A stretch of DNA of 64,000 nucleotides from Azolla caroliniana. Lineage: Eukaryota; Plantae; Polypodiophyta. The translations under genes were made by a program, and so were the position numbers. The notes beneath the pieces were generated by a model that worked only from the letters and a program-made list of their open reading frames with translations, was not told the origin of the DNA and did no database searches. Location of the stretch: the NCBI GenBank assembly GCA_043228905.1, contig JBHGNT010000007.1:8184001-8248000 (forward strand), in the 5' to 3' direction. Shown here piece after piece: positions 23,903-34,591 of the stretch. Numbering within the stretch: the first letter of the stretch is position 1; the number at the start of each line of letters is the position of its first letter.

Positions 23903-26900
23903 CTATGGTCGGTCCGATTCCTGTGTTTCGAATGGTCACTCTGTTGACCGGCTGCAGGTCTTGAATGAAGCGCAACGTTCCGTTTTTCTTCGGTACGGTG
24001 AACCATCGGTTCGAGTATGGGGCACTCGACGGTTCAAGAATGCCCATATCTACTTTCTGCTTCAATAGCTCCATCAACTTCGGGATGTGAGCTCTCGGTA
24101 CCGGAATCGGCTTGAGATTCCACGGCACATGCGGTACCGTGAATATCACCATCGGCTCTACGATCGTCGGGTCTACGCACCCGATCTCTTTCGGTGAGAA
24201 TGCGAAGGCTTTCCCGTGCCTTCCGAGCATCCTCCGAAACCGGTCTTCCTCCGCCGGCAGTAGGAACCCGCCCCCACCGATTTTGAGCTCTCGGAGCGTC
24301 TCGTCGGTGAAGGTGTGTCCTATGCAGGCCGGATCTCGTAAACTGGGGTCCGACGCAACCCCTCTGATCCGGGACTCGCTGCCCTCCGGTAAGGGTGCCG
24401 CGACTGGCCTTACCTTCCGGTCCACAGTCTTGTACTTTGTGCTAACTCGGGCCGTCCGATCCGACCCGAGCCCCCGACTGAAGTTCGCGATGACTTCGTA
24501 CATCTCTTCGGAACATACCGGTATCGTCCGGTCTTCGTCAAGGTCTTCTCCGGCAACCTTCCTCAGCATCCCTAAGGTGTCGTCGAAGGAGACCGCCTCC
24601 ACGGCTCCGCTGATTTCCTCGTCTGGGCCGAGAACTCCGCACGCCCGAAGTCGCTCTTCCGCCCTTGTCCTTTCTCGGCCAACGATGCCGACTATCATAC
24701 ACCCTCCGTTGTCGGAGAAGCAAAATCTCCTACCTATCGTACAGTCGTGGGGTCTTTTCCGAGTGTCCGGACTGTCTCGGCCCCACGCCTTGGCAGCCCT
24801 CTCTAAAAATCCTCCCGGTTCTCGCCACCGAGGATTCGCGGTTTCTCTCGTGGTTTGGCCGCACCGTCAAAAATTGCACCGAATGGCGCCCGTCCTGGCT
24901 TTTGACCCTAGCGTAGGCCGAACCGTTGTCCAGCACCTTGGTCTCCATTCTTGCCGCCGTGATGTATGGTTCCCCTAATATGACCGGATGTGAGGACGTC
25001 TCTTGTACGAAGAAGTGCTGGTCAATCTCGACGTCGCCGATATTTACTCGCACATTCGGGCAGGCCCCGTGAAGTTCCTCGGTGGCGCGCGTCGCCGCCC
25101 GTATCTTCCACCCGTGCCTGGTTTTGATCGGCCACTTTCCCTTCTTATAGAAGTCCATGGACATTAGGTTTATTTCCGAACCGTGGTCCACCAACGCCAC
25201 CACCGGTTCCTGAACATCTCCGATCTTTACCGGGGTCTCCGTGGTCGCTCGGGCCCAGTGTGGCCTCGAATAGTGGCTCTCCGCCCACTCATCTTCCAGC
25301 GCCGATGTGCGTCGTCCGCACCTCCACCGGTCTTTCCGGTTCCGTCTCCGTCGACAGTCTCTTCCGTTTCACCAAGTCTACAATGGAGTCGTGGAACTCC
25401 TTCTTGGCGATCCCTAGCACCTCCCGTAATGACAGCTCCACTTTGCTGTCGAGGATCCGTTCTTCTAGGACCTTTCATAGGTCCGTAGTCCTTTCTATTT
25501 CTGTCCCCAGTCGGTACCCGCCCTTCCTGGGGTTATCCTGCGAGCTGGACCCGCCGGCATCGTTCCGTCGTTGCCCGAATCGGGTCTCGTACCGTTGTGA
25601 GGGCCCGGCCGCTTCGGCTTTCCCCACTCGCTTGTCTTCTACTAGAGCCTCGTAGTTCCGGCAGGCGGCTTCTACGAAGCCCGTCTTCTCCTCGACTGGA
25701 TCGCTCCACCCGGTTATTGCCCGGACCCGTCTCTCAGCACGGTCCGTTTCGTCTTTCTTTGGCCGTGCGCCAGCAAGACCTTCCAGCATTGCCGACCAGA
25801 ATCCGTCTTTGCCCTCCTTTCGGGCCTCGCTGCCCCCGACCCGAATGCCGGCCGACGCCGAGTAGTGGATGGCCTCCACGTGTCGGGCCGCTGCCTCTTC
25901 CATCAGTCTCTTCATACCTCCTCCCCCGTCGTTTCGGCTCAGGGCCCTCCTAGTGTCGCCAACGTGCACCCGGCCTTCCCACAGGTACACCACCCGGTTT
26001 CTCAACGCCTCTGCGAAATCGCCGTAGTCCTTCCGAATGTGGCCGACCTCGTCGCACCACATGCACCTATTCCTCGCTGTCGGCCGTCGGTCACGAGCCG
26101 GATCGCCACCTTCCCTTCGAGTCTGGGCGATCTGGAGATCCTTTATCGCCCGCGTCAACTCCTCTAGCGATGCTCCTCCGGACGAGCCATTGACCATGCT
26201 GGTCGAAGCCGGACCGGTTTCGAGCCATTCTTGGGTTTCTTCCCTTCGCACTTGCGGCGCCGGTTCAAGCCTCCTTGCTGTAACAGAGCCCGCACCGGCC
26301 GCCCCGTTGTCAGCCCATTTTCGCCGTTTGTCGAAACGGCCACAGACTCTCTTAACCGCAGCCCAGTCGGTCGTCAACCCGTCTTCAGTTTCCAGCAAGG
26401 AGCCGACTTGATCCCGGTCCCGCTCGTCCACCGACTTGACGAACAGTAGGACCCGGCTCGTATCCAGGATAGTTTGGTCAAGCGCCGAAAGGCGCGCAAA
26501 TCGTTCTTCGAACTCCCGGAGGAGTGCCGACACGTTTCTTCCTTTGCCGGGGGACTCCACCCATTCCATGAAGTCCCGTTTCGAAAGCCGGAGTGCGTCG
26601 TCCAGCCCATATTTCTCTAGGAGTCGGCCTTCGAACTCCTCCCAGGTACGGCTCTCCGCCCGTACCTCGAGCACCTCTGCATGGATGCTCGGCATCGCCA
26701 CCCGAGGGAACCCGGCAAGACGCCTCTCTTCCGGAATGTCCCGCATCAGCATTTCCGCCCCGTAGGACGCCAAATACCTCGTGGCATCCTTTCCGCTGAA
26801 ACGGCCGATCGTACCGACGACCGCCTCAATGGCTCTGTCGAGGGCACCGGTGCCCTCGCGTGTGCTCAATATCCGATCCACGGCCAAAGCCATGGCCTCT

Positions 26901-26920
26901 GCAAGATCCGACCCCCTCAT
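23903..26920 (-). pseudogene. gag, protease and RT N-terminus of the Trp-primed Gypsy (frameshifted)
   Basis: Gag 25475-26920 (CMWCDEVGHIRKDY), protease LVDHGSEINLM 24730-25203, RT start YSNRWFTVPKKNGTLRFIQDLQPVN. Confidence 0.88.
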
Positions 26921-26942
26921 CTTCTGCTCTTCTGCCGCCTCC

Positions 26943-26960
26943 TTCACGTCGGGTTCACCA
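26943..26960 (-). promoter_or_regulatory. Primer-binding site complementary to the tRNA-Trp 3' end
   Basis: Plus strand TTCACGTCGGGTTCACCA matches the recalled 3' end of plant cytosolic tRNA-Trp(CCA); 4 nt from the LTR. Confidence 0.85.
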
Positions 26961-27027
26961 AATATGTCGAGGTATTCCTCGCGGATACGTGGAGTGAGGC
27001 GGGACCTCGGGGGTCCTGTACCGAAGA

Positions 27028-27061
<34 letters not shown>

Positions 27062-27366
27062 CACTACGTGCGAGCGTAGAATCACAGGGACACGGCCCTT
27101 CGACGCAAAGACGTGAATGGGACAGCGACACAGAAAGACACGAAAGTATGTATGTATTCACAAGACAAACGACAAAACACGAAGACAACAAACCACGAAG
27201 TCGGTTACAACCGAACAAGCCGGCGGACAGATGCCGATGCCTGTTCGTAAGCGCACAGAAAGACAGGAACAGGTTGGAGGTGCTACCGGAAGCACTCGGG
27301 CTTTCCTCGGAGCAGCGCGAGCCTCTCGAAACCTGCACAGAAGGAAGCTATGGAGTCTGCGAACCG

Positions 27367-27398
<32 letters not shown>

Positions 27399-28079
27399 CC
27401 TATCCGCCAGCACTTCGTCCTCGACTCCCCGCCTCTCTACCCTCTCGTCTCCCTCCTTTTATAGGCTAGGAAGGAGCCGTTTCCCCCCCTTTCCTCCCTA
27501 CCTACCGTATCTACCTATATACAATTTAAAGCGCACGTGCATGAAGAGTCGGTTTCTACGCTCCGGTACACCGATTCCGCTTGTGGACGGTTTTCTTCAC
27601 GACACCGGTTCTTAGGCCAGATTCGGTGGCACAGCCGGATGCTCCGATACTTGGCCGACCTGGCTACACCGTTGCATGCCGCCATACATCGGACACCATT
27701 CCAGTGGACCGACACTGAGGATAGGGCGTATAGGGCCCTCAAGGTACTATTGTCGCAGGCACTAGTAGTGCAGCCTCCAGATTGGAGTAAAGAATTTCAC
27801 GTGTTCGTGGACGCCTCCGACATCGCAATCGGAAGCGTACTAATGCAGCTTACGGAACCAAAGTGGTACCGGCCAGTGTACTATGCCAGCCGGAAGCTAT
27901 CCCAAGCAGAACGGAACTACTCTACTACGGAACGGGAAGCTCTAGGAATGATCTAGAGTGTGACAAAGTTTCGGCATTATTTATTGGGAAGGAAGTTTTC
28001 CTTCCATGTAGATCATTCAGCACTCCTTTACCTGGTGTCCAAAGCGTCACTCACCGGCAAATTGGCCCGGTAGACCTTA

Positions 28080-29639
28080 TTGTTACAGGAGTTCGAGTTT
28101 GAAATATTCCACCGACCCGGTATACAACATGTCGTGGCGGATTACTTAAGCCGATTAGAGTCCGGAGAGACGGGTGACGGAGTAGCGGATGAGTTTCCGG
28201 ATGCAGAGCTGTTTCGAGTCACTACGGAGACAGCAGCAGATGAGACGGTGGCACAGGAAGACAAATGGCTCACAAATATGCACCAGTTTCTTAGCACAGG
28301 ACTGCCTCCGGAAGAGATGAACCGGGACAAACGGAAACGCCTGGCGGTGCAAAGCCGACATTTCTGCTTACTGCAGGACACACTATACCACAAGGGCGTG
28401 GACGGCATATGGAGACGGGCGGTGCGCAACGATGAAAAGGAACTGATACTGAGGGAAGCCCACTGCGGAGTGGCCGGAGGTCACTATGCCGAAGATGCGA
28501 CGGCCAGAAAAATATGGCAAAGTGGCCTATGGTGGCCAACGACATTAAGAGATGCGGTACGGTACGCAAAAGAATGTGACCTATGCCAGAGAATGGACCA
28601 GCCAACGGAGCAGGCTTGTATGCCACACCAGCTGGTACTACCACTCGAGCCATTCCAAAAGTGGGGGTTGGACTTTGTAGGACCGTTCAAGCCACCGGCA
28701 ATGAGAACGGGTAATCGGTATGTTATCGTTGCTACGGATTACTGCACGAAATGGGTGGAGGCCAAAGCTTTACGGGATAACACCGCTGCGTCAACGGCGA
28801 AGTTTCTATATGAGTACATCTGGTGTCGTTACGGATGCCCAATTGAATTAATAAGTGACCAAGGGGGGCACTTTCTCGGCCAAGTAGTGGAAAGCCTGAC
28901 GACCTTCTATGCCGTTGTACACAAACGGAGCACACCTTACTATCCACAGGCAAACGGTTTAGCGGAATCAACAAACAAGACACTCCAGAATATCCTCCGA
29001 AAGATCGTCAACGAAAACCGGACGGATTGGGACACAAAGCTACATAGCACGCTTTGGGCATACCGGACGGCATACAAAACGAGCATCCGAACAACACCGT
29101 TCCGGTTAGCATTCGAACTAGAGGCGGTCATGCCGGTAGAATTCCAAGTACCTAGCTTACGGATCCAGTTACAGGAACGGTTGAACGAGAAGGAGTCAGA
29201 GGCAATAAGGTTGACAGCGATGTGTGAGCTCGAGGAACAACGACTGGCCAGCATCCTTCATTTAGAATTGGAGCAACGGCGACGGAAAGCATTTGTCGAC
29301 CGGCACAGAAAAGGTAACGAAAAAATGTTCGCAATCGGCAAACTGGTGTTAGTATTCCAAACCCGGATGGGCAAGATGCCGGGTAAACTACGGTTTAGAT
29401 GGACCGGACCGTATTGGCTAACACGGGAGTATAATGGGTCCTACCAGTTAGGGACACTTGCCGGCGAAGTGCTAGGCAAATGGGTCAACGGATTCCGGTT
29501 GAAGGCATATAGAGGACCGATGCCTAAGAACCCGTTTGAGCAAAGGACCGACGGCAACCACCAAGACGGCAAAAACGGCGAGCCGGGAACCGGGGAGAAT
29601 GAGGCCGGTAAGGGTCCGAGAGGACCAACGGACAAGTGA
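28080..29639 (+). CDS. Gypsy integrase region (open 519-aa frame of a disrupted pol)
   Basis: H..GGH..C..C zinc finger, WGLDFVGP, ISDQG, NGLAE, WTGPY. Confidence 0.85.
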   Translation: MLQEFEFEIFHRPGIQHVVADYLSRLESGETGDGVADEFPDAELFRVTTETAADETVAQEDKWLTNMHQFLSTGLPPEEMNRDKRKRLAVQSRHFCLLQDTLYHKGVDGIWRRAVRNDEKELILREAHCGVAGGHYAEDATARKIWQSGLWWPTTLRDAVRYAKECDLCQRMDQPTEQACMPHQLVLPLEPFQKWGLDFVGPFKPPAMRTGNRYVIVATDYCTKWVEAKALRDNTAASTAKFLYEYIWCRYGCPIELISDQGGHFLGQVVESLTTFYAVVHKRSTPYYPQANGLAESTNKTLQNILRKIVNENRTDWDTKLHSTLWAYRTAYKTSIRTTPFRLAFELEAVMPVEFQVPSLRIQLQERLNEKESEAIRLTAMCELEEQRLASILHLELEQRRRKAFVDRHRKGNEKMFAIGKLVLVFQTRMGKMPGKLRFRWTGPYWLTREYNGSYQLGTLAGEVLGKWVNGFRLKAYRGPMPKNPFEQRTDGNHQDGKNGEPGTGENEAGKGPRGPTDK

Positions 29640-29814
29640 CGTCACACTAATAATAATAATAACTAAAAATTAATAAATAAATAAATAAATAAAAAGAAAA
29701 AAAAACAATCATGCAAAAGCGAGGAATGAGTGGATGAAAGAGCGAGGAGCGAAAAGGTACATAGTAGGCATTTAAAGCGCCACCACAGGACATAATGTTA
29801 TTTTAGTACACGAC

Positions 29815-32805
29815 ATGCACACACTCGAAAAAGGCGCCAGAATGCACGGACAAAAACCACTGCGCGTAGAGACCCTCTACTTTCACGAACCCAGGAGCAC
29901 AGAAGCACCAAGACCCTGCAAGATCATCAGACGAGAACCTGCGCACAGAGAACCCCTGCCTTCTGAACTCTCTCTTTCTCAACCCCACTCTCATCACCAT
30001 CCAACCTCGCCACCGCCATCCGACCTCGACACAGACATGGACCCGCAAACGCTGTCGGAAGCCGCCAAGACATGGCTGAAGCAACATGGGCTCGAGGGCT
30101 TCTTGATGATGATGGAAGTACCGCCACACAAAGAAGCCGACAAAGTGATCAAGGAAATCGATAAAGAGGTCATAACGGCAGAGGCGATTCGAGCGTTAAC
30201 AGGCCTTCCGGAGGGAGGCATACTCACGATCGACAATCCAACCCCGGAGCAACTCATCAGGTATTTTGGTGAGTACTCACTAGCCAGCAAGGGCTACCGG
30301 ACACAGGGCGGCGGAGATATGTTGTTCCGCGAGATTGCTCGTGTGCTCCACGAATACGGCCACGTGTACCCTAGACCCCCTGTCATGCCGCAGAACCGGG
30401 CAGGGATGATCATCGCCACCTATGAAGGGATCAAGGTGGATTGGCCGGTATTGATCGCAAACGGGTTGTGTGCGGCGATCGAGATCGTCAGAGGCAAAGA
30501 CGGCAAAGAAGGCCAAGACGGACGGAGGATATGGCACGTTGTAACGCAGTGGCTCACCTTGCTTGTGCCACCCGTCCAGACCGTCCAGCCCAAGAAGCAA
30601 GGAAGAGTGGCGGACGGCACCCCAAGGACGGCTTCCAAACGGCAACAGTTGTTGGCCTCTAAGGCCACTAAGGGAAAGGCGGCGGATGCAGAACAGACGG
30701 TAGCAGGAAGCGGTAGCCGAAAGCGCCCAACGGAGGCGCAGGAGGAACCACCGGCACGGCCTGTAAAGGTCACACTCCATCGACCGGTGAATAGAGAAGC
30801 GGACCCCTTGGCGGCAAAACTCAATGCCGGAGCTCAGGAGGAGGAAATAGAGGAGGAGCCTACGGAGCACCTCCAGCGACGGTCGTCGGCAAGGACCGTT
30901 GAGGCAGCCGGGAAACGTTCGGACCCTCAGACGGAGGGAACACCGGCTCCCCATACTGAGACTCCCACGCCAAGGAAGGAACCGGAACTGGTGCAGATGG
31001 CACCGGAAACAGAAGTCCCGGCACCACCGGCAACACCGGCAAGTCCCATCCCGCCAGAGCCGGAAAGGTCAATGCAGCCTCCCTCGATCAGCCAAGAAGA
31101 AGCACAAGGGGAACCAGGACAGCAGGGTGGTCCACGGGCAGAAACGGAACTGCAACTCGGCGCAACCAGGCGGGACCACCCCTCTACAAGTGAGCCCATT
31201 TGTCAAACCTCCGTGCAAGCACAACAAGGCACCGATAGCCTGTGGCTCCGGTGGATAGGCGAACAGATAGCCGGAGCAGTGGGGTATATTGAGGCGGAAG
31301 AAAGAGCGCAAAGCAAACGGTTGCTCGTCACATACGAACAACTAGAGACGGCCCGGTCCAGAATCCGATGCCTTGAAAAAGACTTGGATCAGGTCACGAC
31401 AGAGATGGCCAAAATACGGATCCAATCACCGGTGACTCCGGTAAGTGTACAGAATAAAGAAACGGAACGACCTGTACATAGCAATAAGACCCCGGCAACG
31501 GAAACCGTTCCGGCGAGAGATGCGGCGCAAGCCCAGGAGCTTGCGGAATTGAGAGATGAACTTGCCGCACAAGAAGCGCTAAGGAGCCATGAACGAGAAT
31601 TGAAGACGGCGGCCGAAGCCGAATTAAAGAAGACTGCTGAGAACCTCCGTCGGGCAGAGGAGAGCCTCCGGAAAGGCCATCAAGGGTACGACCGATTAAA
31701 GGAGGAGAAAGACAAAGTGTTGCAGGAAAAGGACAAGCTGCGGAAAACGGCGGAAACAGAGATTGAACGGCTAAAGGAAGAGCTCCGCCAGCAGGACTGC
31801 AAGGACTAGGCCCGTCGTCAGATCAACGCACGGCTCAAGCAAAAGACGGATGATTTTGAGCACCTGCACCGGGACTACAAACGGCTGGAAACGGAGCATA
31901 AAGAACGGATGGCCGAGCTCCAGCAGGCAGTTGATCGGGCCGCGACGGCAATCGCCGACGAACGGGCGGAAAATACAAGACGCTTGGACGAGGCGGAGAA
32001 GGTCCGGATGGAGCTCCAGAGGCAGCAGCAGGAAGACAAAGAGAGAGCATCAACAGTATTGCAGAAATTACAAAGCACATATCAAAGGCAATTGACGCAT
32101 TACAAGGCGCAAGCGGAGGACAACGTCAAAATCATCAAACAACTGAAGGAGGAACGGCAAGCGACGGAAACCAAATCGCAATTGGGAACGAGCCGGATTC
32201 AGTCCATCCTCCGGGCATGGCTGAATCAGACAAAACACTTGATTGATGAAAGCTCCGTAAAATGGTGGACAAAGTGGGCGCAAAACGCGGCGGAACTCCA
32301 GTTGCTACGGGCGGATGTGGCAAACCGGCGGAAGGAAGGAGATGACTATTATACGTTGACTTCCGAGGACTTCACCGCCATACGGGACGAGCTATCCGAC
32401 GACTTCCAAGTCCTGGTAGATGAACAGCTGGCGCAGGTCAGGCAGCTCGTAGCTCAGCTAGACGATGATAGGCTGGATGCTCAAATCCAGTTTGAAAGCT
32501 ACGAGCGGTCCCGGGTGCGGGAAGAAAAAGCACGGGAAGCGGCAACGGTTAACCTTAGTGATGAGGAACCGTCGCCGGCTGAGGGCCAGCCGGGAACCAG
32601 TCAACCGGAGACCACTACGACGCAGGGAGCAACGACGGAGACGCCAGTGTCAGAGCCACAAACGGAGGAGCGGCCGCAGCAACCACCAACGGACCCGCCG
32701 CAGCAGACATCAATAGAGCAGCAACAACAACAACAACAACCACTTCCAGATGAACCATTGGAGCCTCTCGAACAAAGCATTCTGGACATTTTGGATGAAG
32801 AATAG
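29815..32805 (+). pseudogene. Sense-strand accessory ORF after integrase (~996 codons, one in-frame TAG at 31807-31809)
   Basis: ORFs 29815-31809 and 31909-32805 share a frame. Globular-looking N-terminus, P/E/T-rich linker, long E/K/R/Q coiled-coil-like region. Confidence 0.75.
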
Positions 32806-32859
32806 CAAGGGTCGGTTGTGGATTCGACGTACAAGGTACTGTCCCACGGGCGTGCCATG

Positions 32860-33227
32860 TGTTACCGGCCGGCAAAGGAGTCCAGAGTGGGAAACGGAGA
32901 GTTAATTAAGTAATAGGAATGTGGTTGTAATTAAGTTATGAGTGTGGACGGACGGACCGGAAACGGTATGCCGTTCCGGATCCGGACCGATCCCGAACAG
33001 GTGTGGATGGCACCGTTTTGTAATACAGACCGGAAACCTATTTAAAGGCCCGGATACAATGTAATAGTGAGCGGTTAATTAATGAAAGCTTAAGCGTTGT
33101 TATCTCTCTGTGTTAATTGCCGTTCTGTCTTAATTGTTATATCTTACGCGTGTTATGAAAGACGATCCTAATAAGTAACTTAATTAAGTCGGATTAAGCG
33201 TTGAAGTCTAATCCGGTTGCCGTAACA
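32860..33227 (+). repeat. Single LTR of the Athila-like element
   Basis: TGTTAC...GTAACA termini, TATTTAAA box, no TSD around it. Confidence 0.75.
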
Positions 33228-33291
33228 CCCTTTGGTGAAGTGTCTCCCGTAGACACCCTGTGTTAGGCCATTGTCCGGCCCGAAGAGTTAA

Positions 33292-34591
33292 CAGGGATAA
33301 CCCAGTATTACATCGGTGGTACAAAGATTCATTACATGGAAGTCTACTTCCTCTATATAAGTATCAATAGAAATTCCTAATGAATGAATCGCCCCGTTGA
33401 TGTATTGTACTCTTCCATCAGCCAAGTGCATCGTGTAGGTGTGATCACTTACGGTGGGTTGGATTCCCCATATCTGAACCAAACGATCATTCACAAAATT
33501 GTGTGAGCTTCCCGAATCAAATAAAAATTGTACGGGAGATCCATTGATATACCCGTTTGCACGTAGTAAATCATTGGGACCCAATACATAGTGAGGGAAA
33601 GAACATGACAATTACTTAAATGATGTGTATAGACCTGAAGGACATTAGGAATTTGACCTTTATGGTCTGCAGCTTTAGCTTTGTTGTCGTGCTCTTTCCG
33701 TTGGAGCTTTCGACATTGATCTTTTGTATGACCCTTCTTTTTGCAGAATACGCAAAAAGGATGTTGTCGCTTACAATCGCAATCCAGGAATTCGTTGGGT
33801 GTCTTGCGTTTCCCAACAAATTGTGATTGCTTAGTCCCGGACGCTTCGTTGGGTTTGTTGTAGTTCTTCTTCGAAGTGCGTTGATAGCGAAGAACTATTT
33901 CAACGGCCTCTTCGAAGGATTTTGGATCCTTATCGTGCACTATCTAGTGATAGTCCGAATTGGGGATGCCATTGACAAAACAAGTTATCAACCAATTGTC
34001 CCCTTCTAGACCTGATTTTTGGATTTGGGTTCTATCATGGTGAACATATTCTTCTAGCGAGGAAAATTTCTTGCTAGAGAGGTTCATTAAAGCTTGTGTT
34101 GCCTCGGTTCGAGAGGGAGGTTGCAGAAATTGGCCCTTAAAAACCGTGACAAAATCTATCCAGGTATCGGGCAATTTCCCCATAATACGGAGCCCACGCC
34201 ACCAGGCGGCGGCCTTACCCCCGAGTTCTCGGCCGACATATGCAATCTTCGTACTATCTGGCGTGGGATAGAGCTCAAAATGAGACTCCCATCGTCCCAG
34301 CCATGTGCAGCTTGCTTCTTCGGTTCTTTCCTTTTTGTCTCCGGTAAATGGTTTAACGACAAATGTTGGTTCACCTTGTCGCTCATCAGGTCTATTAGTC
34401 TCACGTTGTAGACTAATGACACGTGCCTCAAGAGCACTCTGAGATTGCCGAAGTTCGGTCATCTGTTGAGCGGTGAAACTAAGGTATTGGGTTATTTGTG
34501 CCAAATACATCTCAGTGGACATTTGTCCAAGAGGATTCCCTTGAGTTCCTTCCGCTTGAGCGGATGACATTGGGTCGTTAATTTGAGCCAT
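33292..34591 (-). pseudogene. Chromovirus gag and protease
   Basis: Gag 33944-34591, zinc knuckle CVFCKKKGHTKDQC, protease FLFDSGSSHNFV..ILGYP. Joins 14554 in frame as [18 protein letters not shown]. Confidence 0.9.

Larger units (their letters stand above)
15186..27604 (-). mobile_element. tRNA-Trp-primed Ty3/Gypsy element (Ylt1/fungal-like pol) carrying a nested Copia
   Basis: LTRs 15186-15819 and 26965-27604 (TGTCG..CGACA, ~4 substitutions plus AG length changes). 4-bp TSD CCGG; removing the element restores host KALSRFLGQ. PBS at 26943-26960. Confidence 0.95.
14555..33291 (+). mobile_element. Athila-like (non-chromoviral) Gypsy insertion that starts in RT, has one LTR and no TSD
   Basis: RT (KLLRVGFIRP..FLDGFNGYNQI..FLDDF) 14566-15185, RNase H 27609-28080, INT 28080-29639, extra 3' ORF, LTR 32860-33227, then ~65 bp of post-LTR sequence. 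Confidence 0.85.

Noticed and set aside
24112-24978. Long antisense ORFs over GC-rich pol regions (also 30280-30954, 6744-7448)
   Set aside because: Shadow frames of retroelement genes with no independent motifs
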